A stretch of DNA of 64,000 nt from Hydrolagus affinis (Eukaryota). This document shows, in pieces, positions 47,141 to 59,100 of the stretch; the first letter of the stretch is position 1, and each line of letters starts with the position of its first letter. Below the pieces are notes generated by a model that was not told the origin of the DNA, did no database searches, and saw only the letters and a list, made by a program, of their open reading frames with translations. A program made the translations under genes and the position numbers. Where the stretch lies: contig JAAILG010001531.1 of the NCBI GenBank assembly GCA_012026655.1, positions 1-64,000 on the forward strand. Reading direction: 5' to 3'.

Positions 47141-50100
47141 GTAAGGGCGAGAGCTGGTCGTGCTGACGCATCATTACAGTGCTGGGAGAGAGATCAAAAG
47201 TGAGGTCCCTTCTGCCTGTTAACGGTGGACTTCAAAGATCCCGTGGTACTATCGAAAAAGAGAAGACCGTTTCTCCCAGTGTCCACAGAGTCAACAGTCT
47301 TCCAGATAAAACTTGCCTTTTGCTTCGTTGGTTGTAGGTCAGACATTACTGGGCACAAAGCGGCTGGACTGTTCGTCTACAAATATACATTAGCGTAAAA
47401 TCCTGCGAGGTCACTTTGTTGTCTTCAAATATTGTTTGAAAAATGATTCAAATTCACTTTCCGGTGTTTTTTTCACATCTTGTGTTCATGTTCGAATCCA
47501 GTACATTGTTTTTAATGTTGATGTTGTGGTTAGTGGGACGTCCTCCCGACGTGAAAGGCACTCTACAGTATAATTTTGTGGTTGTGAATGTGGGCCAACA
47601 GCACTCCAACAGTCCATAATCTATAAGTAATTCAAATGGCCAATGTGGAGTCTAAGGTCAGAACTTTTTGACTGAGGAAAGAGCAGTACCAACTGAGCCA
47701 ATCTGAGACCTTTGTATTGCAAAATCACGGAATTTGTTCCAACACAACCTTGTTAGTAAAGTATAAATGACAGATTGTGTGGATGTGGGAAGTAATAACA
47801 AACATTCTTTAAGGCTGTTTATTGGAAGTCAGGGTGAAGTCAGAATAAGAGAAGATTTACTTTGTGTGACTTGTGCTGTACCAAATAATTGGTGTAGAAA
47901 TGTTCTTTCCTCTCGGCGGAGAAGAAGGTAAAGTAACTTGTATGAAATAATTTGGTGTTTTCCTTTCCTGTTTCTGTAGGTGGTTATACTTCATCACATG
48001 CTGTCCAAAGCTGCAGTGAAGGCCAGGCCAACTGTGCTGTGGTGTTACAAGAAAGAGCTTGGCTTCAGCAGGTAATCAATGAGGTGCTTCATAATGTCAG
48101 CACAAATAGGGGAAAACATATGTGGAGTGTTATATGAATCTATGGTAAGATACCAACTACTATATTGTTAATAAGCAGGAAGAGGAGGTAGTGTTATAAA
48201 ACTAGTAAAGCTCTAGTGGGTAGCTGGGAAACTGGTGGGGATCACAAACCCTGTATTTGATAGAGAAAGGAGAGTACTGTACTTGGGAAAGTATGGAAGT
48301 GGAAAAGATCATTGTGGTGAATCCTGTTAGCCCCAAACAAAACAGACATAATTGAACTCGATTGTATCTTCACCAAATAGCCATCCATTTCCCCCTTGAA
48401 TTGGTTGATATTACTGAATCTTTGCATGATACACAATTCACTCTTGGATAGTCCACATATTGACCAATGTCTGTATAATGGGGGGATACTGGAGTATAGT
48501 TTAAGTGAGAAGCAGATGAGAAAGAGCACGAGAAATACTACGTTGATGACGCTTATGAAGTGTGAACATTCCAGTATAATTTGGCTGACAGGAAGGTTAC
48601 TGAATGTAACACAAGAATGGAGGCAGCCGTTCTAGAAGCGGTGTGTATCTTTTTCTCTTACAGTCACAGGAAGAAGCGAATGAGGCAGTTGCAGAAGAAG
48701 ATTAAAAGTGGCACATTTGATCTTAAGCAAGATGATCCCTTTGAACTGTTTGTCGCTGCGACTAACATTCGATATTGCTATTACAACGAGACTCACAAAA
48801 TCCTGGGCAACACATTCGGGATGTGTGTCTTGCAGGTGAGATGACAGCAGCTACTTTCTACATTGTGCTTCAAATTCTTTCACTTGTTTAAAAATGTAGA
48901 AATTTTCAGTTATAAAGAACCGTGACAAAATATCAATGCAGTGATTGAATGTAACACTGAAAATATTGCTCCTAAGTTAAATAGCTGGTGCTGCTCTCTC
49001 TCTGGGTTAGCATTTAAAGGGTAGTCCCCTAGCTGGGGCATCGTGTGCATCTGTTGTACCTGAACATCTCAATACTAGGAAGTGTGGTGGAGAGGTGGGG
49101 AAGACGGTTACCCTTTTGGTTATTGGCAAATATTGATATGTCACTGGTGCCTGCTGTGTTGATGCAGGTTGGAAGTGATACAAAGTCTGATTTTAGTTTG
49201 CGCTGCATGTCTAGATTGAATTATTAATTAGTTTGAATTCTTAGGTTACAGCATCTAATTCTTTGGCTTCAACCATTGAATATATGGGATTCCTACTAGA
49301 TCAGCAGCAATCATTTCACCAGTTTTAACCTGTCGCACACAAAATAATTTAATCAAGTATTATTTGTTTAAAATGTGTATAAAGTAGCCTGTAAACATAC
49401 TTACTCGTGTTCCATTCAACCCTCTTTATCTTCTAGGATTTTGAGGCCCTTACACCAAATCTCTTGGCCCGGACTGTTGAGACAGTTGAAGGAGGTGGAA
49501 TTATTGTAATTCTACTGAGAACAGTAAACTCATTGAAACAGCTCTACACAATGACAATGGTACGGTTGGTTTATTGGAGATCATTCATTTTCATTCAAAA
49601 TACTCTCTCCACCCCTACCATTGGAGGGTAAGCTTTTATTCACTTGGTACATTGGTGGCAAGCAGTGCTCAAGTTTCTTGCCTCACTAAAATCCCAACAG
49701 TCTTCAGTGTGTGCATTTTTTAAAAATGATTTATTTTCTCTTTAATTCTTTTTCTAGGATGTCCATGCCCGCTACAGAACAGAGGCACATCAGGATGTTG
49801 TTGGGCGTTTCAATGAAAGGTAGAAGTTCTGCGTTCTCAATGTGGAGTGTGCATAAAAAGCACGAAGCTCGGGTGAATAAAGATTTTACTTTCTTATCTC
49901 TTTCCAGGTTTATCCTCTCTTTGTCATCCTGTAAGAACTGCATTGTTATAAATGATCTCCTGGACATTCTACCACTTTCCAGCCACATTCTCAACATCCA
50001 GTCTGTGCCCCCTAAATCCATGGTGAGTTCTGGCACTTGCACATCCAGAGTGAGGGGGAAGGTGACCGTAAGAGCAATCTCAAGATGGAGAAGGAGGTGA

Positions 50101-53100
50101 TGAGACAACGGAGTTGAGGGAGGGAGTTCCAAAGTTTTGGGGCGTAGTGGCTGAAAGTATGGCCGCCGATGGTGGAGCGGAGGTTTCCGGGGACAAAGAG
50201 AAGGCCGGACACAGTAGAGCTGGAGTTCCTTAATGCTGATGTACCTATCTACAATTTTATGTCTTTAAGGATGAAAGCCAATCACCTCAAGAGACTGAAT
50301 TGAAGGAACTTAAGGAATCTCTGCGTGACACACAGCCAGTTGGAGTCCTGGTGGACAGCTGCAAAACTCTTGATCAGGTAAGAGTGTGTGCGCTCGTAAA
50401 CCTTCAGAATACAGCTGCAGTGTGTTCCTTTTAAGTTGTAGTTTTCCTGCAAGTTTTTAATCGTGTTTTGGTTATATTTACTAGGCCAAAGCAGTCCTGA
50501 AATTCATCGAAGCTATTTCCGAGAAGACCTTGAAAAGCACGGTGGCTTTAACTGCTGCAAGAGGACGGGGTAAATCTGCCGCCCTGGGCCTGGCTATTGC
50601 AGGAGCTGTGGCCTTTGGGTAAGGGCGCTTGCTGTCATTTACTCACTTATTGATCGTCTGTCTTTATTTCTCATTGCTCTGATGTTTCTGCTATGATTTG
50701 ATGTTTTTTACTGGTTTGTTCTGTGTGGGCAAACACTGCCGTACAATTTCTGGATTTATAAATACTTAGTCAACTGGTGCTTATTCACAGGCTCAGTTAC
50801 TGGTTTGTTCTGTGCACCTGTGGAATATAGATGATTTTAGTGTTTACAAAGTATTCCAATATGTTCAACAATTGATAACCCCAAATTTTACCAAGCTTTT
50901 TCTCTTTTTGAGTTTGCTATTATCAATCAATGACTTTGTTTTAAATTGGATTTATGTCAAATTTGGTAATGTAGTGCCTGAATCTTTGCTTCATCTGCCA
51001 TTTTTAGATATTCTAATATGTTCGTTACATCACCGAGCCCAGACAATCTGCACACTCTGTTTGAATTCATTTTCAAGGGTTTTGATGCACTGCAATACCA
51101 GGTGAGAACGGGTCCATCAGTGTAAGGATCAGTAACTTATCATTGGAAAGACAAGTTCTTGTCACTAATGTTCATTTTCAGAGTATGAGTTTGGTATTAA
51201 CCCTTGTACAAGTATGACACAAATACATGACGTTTAAATTGACAGTAGGCGGTTCCTGTGAGTTATCTAATTGAAGCCGTTGGAAATTTTAAGATATTTA
51301 AATTGGATTTAGTTAAATAGTTTAAACAGTTAGAAGGTTTGAAGGAGAATGGAGGAAAGAAGGAAATGGGATTAGATTGCTCTGGTGCAGAGTTAGCACA
51401 GCAGAGTTATGCGGCAAAAGTTCTCCTGTGCTAAAAGTTCTCTTGAATGTATAAACTGATTTTCTTTTCTCACAGGAACACTTGGACTATGAAATAATCC
51501 AATCCTTGAATCCAGAATTCAACAAAGCTGTGGTCCGAGTTAATGTCTATAAAGAGCATAGGCAGACTATCCAGGTAAGGCCATATTCTGCACCTTCTTC
51601 CAATGGAAAGTTAATTAAGTGTCTGAGTCGTTTGTATTGATGAGCTTCCCACCCCCCCCCCTCCCCCACCACCACTACACTGAGCACGTATAGTAAAATC
51701 ACATAATTACAATATTTTCGCCTTCTCTCTTTTTCGTTAGTACATCCACCCCGCAGATGCTGTAAAACTGGGTCAGGCTGAGCTGGTGGTGATTGATGAG
51801 GCAGCTGCCATCCCACTGCCACTGGTGAAGAATCTGTTGGGACCCTACCTTGTCTTTATGTCGTCCACTATAAATGGGTATGTTAGCTGATGATCGCCTA
51901 GAGCAACATTGCAAAGTAGGGACAGACTACAAAATAACTTGTTTTGGTAGATTCCCTGCTTTCACTTATCTTTAATCCTATCAGGATTGGAGATTGCTTT
52001 GACTTGCTTATCAATAGACCACATGGCTTTCTTTGCCTCTATTCGCTGTCTTATATAAAAATTGATAGGAACAAAACATTTGATTTATCGCACCTAAAAC
52101 ATCTTTTGCGGTTTATTCTTTATGTTTTAACTTCTTCCTCCATTATAATGTGATTTATTTAGTGGGAGCATGATGCCTTTAGGATCGTTTTACTCATTCT
52201 TGAGGCTTTGAGACTTTACTAACCCATGGATATTTCATTTCTGATGCTAAAATTCTAGAAAGAATACAAAAAATTATGGAGAGTGAGCAGGAGTGATACA
52301 AATGGAAGAAAACAGTGCAAACTTGATGGTCTAAATAATAATAATTAATAATAACCCTTGCATTTGATATAGCGCTTTTCACGTCTTCTAGATGTCTCAA
52401 AGCGCTTCACAGAATATGCTGTAAGGTGAATTGACAATATTTGTGGGCAAAATGCGGTAGCCAATTGCGCACAGCAGTGTGTCACAAACAGTCTTGAATT
52501 GAAATGACTTTTCTTTTGAGGGATTTATTAGGCGTGTGGATAAAGGAAACTTGGCCAAAGTTTCGCATTGACTGGAATCGAACCCAGGACTCTCACTTGT
52601 AATACGAGTGCTGTCATCACTGAGCTGCAGGACTAAATGGCCTGTTTCTGTAATCTTGTATGATTTGATTTATTAAATTGAAAATGTATATTTGAGAGGC
52701 ATGTGCAGGACTCTGGTTGTAAGTGAGCTACTTTTAACATCTTCAATCTTACAATTATTCTTCTTTTCCAGATATGAAGGAACGGGGCGTTCTCTCTCTT
52801 TGAAACTGATTCAACAGCTGCGACAGCAAAGCGCGCAAAGCCAGAGCAACGTGACTGCAGAGAATAAAACCACTTCCACTGCCAGACTGACCACTAGTAA
52901 GACACTGACTTTCCTCATTCCTCAACCTGTTCAATGTGTTTACCAGTCATGCTGTTTAATCGAAAAAGAGACTTCTAACCTTTTCAAATTGCTTGAGTAT
53001 ATATTTTTTTGTCCTCCGGTTGTCTGACCGTATCAAAAACCAGACTGAGAGTTCCGCATATATGTGCTATTTACACGTAGGCATATTTTTGTGTCTGAAA

Positions 53101-56100
53101 TGGAATGCATACTCTCCTTGGAGGGAAGCATCCTGCTTGTTTAATTCCACAAAGTATTCAGAACTAAAGCTGGGAGACCCCAGAGTGTGTGTTAGGGTAC
53201 TGCTGTAATTTAACTAGCTAAGACTGCATAGCTTGCTATTGTGAGCGTTGTCTGGCAAACTTTCCACTGCTTGCCAACCTAGCACCACCTTCCTATTAAG
53301 GCTTTGCAGGGTTAACATTTTTTGTTTGGCGGAAAAGGGTTTATTTTTCCTGCTTAATCATCTTATCTAAATTTGCCTCTACTTGCATATCAAGCTCCTC
53401 TGTAATACTGTCAATGGTTGCAAGTCATGGGAGACCGGTGGCCGCTATATGTGTGTGGAATATGATTACCTGGCGTATTTGTAGAAGGTTGTAACAAAAA
53501 GGGTGTCAACTCCTGTCCTGCCACAGTTCATGTGACCAGGCTGGAGGATTGGAGTGACAGCACTGAAATTGGAGGTGCTGATCATACAGCTGCATCCTGT
53601 CTTTTAAAGTTGTCTTAAAAGAAAGTGTCTGTGTGTGTGTGTGTTTGTGGGGCGGAGGGGGGGTGCGGGGGAGGGGGTATTAATGTAATTCCTGACTTGC
53701 TTTAATTGTAATTTGTTGGCAGTGCGGACTTTGCACGAGGTGACTTTACACGAGTCTATCCGCTATGCCCCTGGGGACCCGGTGGAGAAGTGGCTGAATG
53801 AGCTGCTGTGTTTAAACTGTCTGAACATCCCCAGAATCATCTCGGGCTGCCCAATCCCGGAGACCTGTGACCTGTATCCATCAGTCAGTTTCAATGAATA
53901 TCCGAAATGTGTTTCCGCGCCTAGATTGAACTGAGGGAGGAAGCTCTGGTAATAAGATCTCTTTGACTGCTTAATGGTTGTTAAACCATGTGGCCAGGGT
54001 GCTTTAATTCACTTTTGTTCAAGATTTTCCCTGAGATTTGAAGTGGGCTTAAATAAGGAATTTCAAAATGGCATTGGGTTCTTGCATATTGCATTACACT
54101 GCCCTGGTTTTAACATTGTTTTCCTCTCCGTCCCTATTCCTTTGAAGGAAACATCAAGAGGCTTCTGTCTCCAGTGCAGTTCACTCCACTTTAAATCTGA
54201 CTGCTCTTAATAAGGAAGACATAAGAAGAAGCTATACTTAATAACTGCTGTACGCAGTCGGCTGCCGTATTTGGCCCATAAAATATCCGGTCAATCCACT
54301 TTACAGTATATTCTGTGAAGTGATTTGAGACGTCTCGAAAATGTGATAAGGTGTTATATCGCCCACAAATAAACAGTCAATTCACTTCACAGTATATTCC
54401 GTGATGCCCTTTTGAGACGCCTCGAAGGCATGAAAAGCGCTGTACCAAATATAAGGATTATTATTATATCAAATTCAAGTATTATTATTACAACATGACT
54501 TGTTGAAGATAGATGATATTTGCAGCCTGATTTCTTTTCCTTAACTGCTGCTACAGTTATTATGTCAAAAGGGACACGCTGTTCTGTTACCACAAAGCGT
54601 CTGAGGCTTTCCTGCAGAGAATGATGGCTTTGTACGTAGCATCACATTACAAGGTAAACCGTGGAATTATGTCAACCTAAAATGCCTTTCAAACTCATTC
54701 TGATGTAATTTTCATTCTTACAGGAAATTATAAAACCACATTTTTTATTCCGCTGCAGAATCAATTGTGAATTATTTTCTGAATCTTTTTGATATTTTAA
54801 AATTGGATCTTCAGTGGCAAGGTTGAAACCTATATTCCAAATTTATAATTTTCCTCATTCAGCATTTACAGTTTTTATTTAAAAAAAATAACTTGAATCA
54901 GTGCATTCACTTTTTTTTTACTGTAAATGCCAAATGAGGAGAATTATAAGTTTGGAATAAACCTTTCAACGTTTCAGTGCATGCAGAAGGTGTGTGGGAA
55001 GTTGAAAGGGAAATCATTACCTGACAGCTAAGAGCTGTTGCTTCTCAGGCAATTGTTTTGAGATTTACTTTGCGTTTGTTAATTAAACCTTTACCAACAC
55101 CTCCGCAGAACACTCCTAATGACCTTCAGTTACTTTCGGACGCTCCTGCTCACCATCTCTTCTGCCTGCTGCCCCCAGTGGCATCCACTCAGAATTCTTT
55201 GCCGGAAGTGCTGGCTGTCATTCAGGTAATGTACAAACAGCACTGAGTAGAAGCCTGATTTAATTAAGTAAGGTGCTTCCAGTGGAATAATAATAATCCT
55301 TGCATTTGATATAGCGCTTTTCATGTCTTCTAGAAGTCTCAGTGTTTCACAGAATATACTGTAAATGAATTGACTGTATATCTGTGGGCAAAAAGCGGCA
55401 GCCAACTGCGCACAGCACAAAATCTTTAACACGCAAATTACTGCAATTTAATGTGTTCAGATTTGCCCGCATTCCTTCTCAATTAAAAGGACACAGTATA
55501 ATAATAATACTTTGATTTCATGCAGCACTGTTCATATCATCTTAAAGAGCTCTTTCGCAGAATTACTGTAAAGTGCAGCGACTATTTATAGGCAAATACG
55601 GCAGCAGGTTTGTGGATAGCAATATCCAATTGCCATGAAATGAATGGCCAATTTATTTGAGGATTGTTGTCTAAACTATCGGGAGGAACTCCCTTCTCTT
55701 CACACGTGTTTTGCTTTTCATTTTTCCAGGTGTGTCTTGAGGGGGAGATATCTCGTCAGTCGGTGATGAACAGTCTCTCTCGAGGGAAGAAAGCATTTGG
55801 AGATCTCATTCCCTGGACTGTGTCAGAGCAGGTACGGTGATGGTCTTGTCCCTTGTGCTCCCCATCTGCTCCCCACACTTTCAGCCACTACGCCCTGATA
55901 CTCTGGAACACTCTTCCTCTATCCCTGCACCATGCCTCTTCCTCCCCTGTAAGGAACGAAAAAAAACTACAGTTCCACCAGAAGATGTACAGATTCTGAA
56001 TACTGCGATTGTATGTTTTGATTGCTACCACTGGAGGCTGTTAACTGTAAATACTACTCAAACCAGTAAATGCAGAAATTGTGGTGCTATTCTGCTGGTT

Positions 56101-59100
56101 CATCTGACTGTAAAGATGATCGTTTCTGTAGGTTTCTCCAGCAAGAGCAATGCCTGGAACACTGCCCATTTAAAAGCTGTTTGATTTCATGGAGCCTTCT
56201 TTATTACAGTTTCAGGATCCTGACTTCGGAAGTCTGTCTGGAGCACGAATTGTCCGTATTGCAGTGCACCCGGATTACCAAGGGGTAATGTAATCCCTTT
56301 TCCTCGGAAGAAGAATGTTACAGTCTTTCTATCCATTTGATGTTTTGCTGAGTGTTTTCATTGTCTCCAGTGGTGTAGAGTGAAGGAGCTCAACAACATC
56401 TCTTACAAGCTGTTTGGTCAACATATTGTTGGGTGGTTTTGTGTCTTGTGTTCCAATGAAGGAAGGGTATTTGCTACACCCGAAACCACAAGTTTTTTGT
56501 GTATGGCTTAGCAACAGGAACCTTGGGCCTAGGAAACTCCAGAAGAGCTCCTGCTGCACCAGATTAATTCTGTTTGCATCTGACAAGTCCATTTGTTGCT
56601 GCAATGGATCAGATCAAAGCTCCTGATGTTAATTGATTACCAGCCAATTAAGAGGAGTTTTAATTGGTTAGATTATTCAACTCCAGTTTCTAGAGAGGAA
56701 AGAAAATCAAGTATTTAAAGCTATAAATTCCACAATTGGTCTTAAATAAGGAATTTCATAATAATCATTCTTGCATTTATATCATGCTTTTCACATCTTC
56801 TAGATGTATCAAAACGCTTCACAGAATATACTGTGAAGTGAATTGACTGTATATATGTGGGTGAAACGCGGTAGCCAATTTTATTGTTGTGTTTTTTTTG
56901 GAGGGATTATTATTAGGCGTATGGAGTAAGGAAACTTGCCCAAGGTTTTGCCCTGAACTGTAAACACTTGGGCAATGTCATTGTGTTCTTCAATATTGTA
57001 TTATACTGCTCTGGTTTTAACATGGTTTTCCTCTCTATCCTTATTCTTTGCTTATGTGACTAGATGGGATATGGAAGTCGGGCTGTGGAGTTGTTAAAGA
57101 TGTACTACGAGGGGAAGTTTCCTGGTCTGGAGGAGAGAGAGAGCCAGAAATCCAGTGAGATAGCCACTGTCAGCAGTGAGGTAAGGATAAGGACAGTATA
57201 AAGGAGCAAACGATTTTGAAGCTTCTTTTTAAGTTCATGTAAAGACTAGAGTGTGTTTGTGTGTGTGCATGTGTGTTTTAGGAATTTGGATAATACAGTA
57301 GTTAAAACTTGGATTGTTGTTGAAAAAGTGTTTTAAATTTACCACTATCATTAAGTGCACTAAATTTCATGCCTGTTAATCTTGGGGGGCGGTGGGGGTT
57401 TCTTTGTAAGGTGTGTGCTGAGGGGGGCGGTGGCGGAGGAGAATTTGCAGCTATGTTTTTACGGTCAGTTTCTGTTTTTCGGTTTCTGTAAATCAACAAA
57501 TGTAGGATTGAGCTAATTCACTCCTGCTGCGATGCTCCTCCATTGGCGAAGGTTTGAACTGAACACTGGTCCACTGTACGGAGCCCAGTATATTTTGATG
57601 TGATGGAGTGTGACTTGTCTGGCACAGCCAGCAAGTACATTCCAGCAACCGAGTGCTGGTAGCTGCTGGCACAGGAAACTGTGCATTTTATACGGACCAG
57701 CCCAGCAAAAATGTTTCTGTGGGATTGAGAGCCTTTTGTCTGCTGGTTCTGCTGCCTTTAATTTCAGCTCTGTTTCAGGCAACAGTTAGAGTATGAGACC
57801 CTGCTGTTCCTGAATACTAATAAACATTTGATACTTCAAGCTGATCCTAAAACATTAAAATTTTGTTTGTCTGGATTTTTTTCCCCCGTTTAGCAATGTA
57901 CCAACTTTCGCCCCTCTCCTTTCCTGAAGGCATTTCACTCCTTTTCCCTTATTCATTGGTGCGAATCCATGGCATCATCCTTTGGTGTCACCCAGGGGGC
58001 CATTGTCGGCAGACTATTTGATTGTGAAGGGAATTGCAGCCAAGTGCAGTCCTGTCCTTGCCCAATACTCACCAGCAGAGGTCTCTTGTTTACAATCTTG
58101 AGTGGGAAGCAAGGCTGGGTTCCCTCTTCCCAACCCAGGGAGCTGATGCCAATTTTTGTGTCATAACTCTTTCCCTAACTGAGACAGTTTCCAGTCACAG
58201 GCTTTCTGGTTAGCATGGCCAAGTGTTGCACTAATTTACTTACTATGTCACCAGTGGCACTGTTTACAGATTTATTTATACAAATGTTTTTACAATATAT
58301 TGTGCATGTCCAATTCTGCAACTTAGGCTTCTAGCATCAACTAGAGCCTGTTGGGAGTTTTTGCACTCTCTATTGTGAAACCAATGATTCTGTTCTCCCA
58401 AGTACGAAAATAACTTGGTTTCCTCCCCCACCTCGGCCTTCTATTTGGGCATACGCCTTTTCTTGGATAAAATCTTTGAAGGAATTTGGCCGAGTGAAAT
58501 CTCATTGCAAGCAGTACAACTTGTTGCAACTCCCAGTACCCAAACTGTTTCATATCATCTACAGGGGGAAAGTCTAGAACCAGCCACCGAGTAACACTTG
58601 GTCCTCAGTGCGAGATTTTGTCATTCTAGTGTGTGTGCTTTTTTAAAAAAAATCTAACTAATGGTTTGCTTTAGGACAAAGGGTGTACATTATTGTCAAA
58701 TTTTGTTTGTCCTCAGGCTGTAGGTTTACTAGAAGAGATGCTGTCACCACGTAGAGATCTACCGCCATTATTGTTAAAGCTGTGTGAGCGTCCAGCAGAG
58801 AAACTTGACTACCTCGGAGTATCTTACGGACTTACGCCACAGCTGTTAAAGTATGTCACCGTACTGGTTTCAATTTCAACACAGACATTTTTAACATTTT
58901 ATCTTACCTATCCTCCAGCTCTTTTTTTTCTCTCTCTCTCTCCTATATATAATATATATATATACATACACACACATATATCTCTGCTCCAAAACAATCG
59001 TTACCCCTTTGATGTTCAGATTGGATTTCCAAACATTTTAAAATGAGTTTGAGAAATTCTGTTCCAAGAATGTTTCCCGTGTGACCCTGACCCCTCTCAT

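Noticed and set aside
47746-47757. aaccttgtta (and ccttgtta near 61579) as the SNORD13/U13 antisense element in a NAT10 intron
   Set aside because: Only 8-10 nt match, no following cgac, and no properly placed C/D box pair. An Infernal search with the U13 model would settle it.
50226-50234. ttccttaat as a U12 branch site (also ttccttgac at 63676)
   Set aside because: Spacing to the nearest AG is wrong and the matching donors are GTGAGT, which is U2-type.
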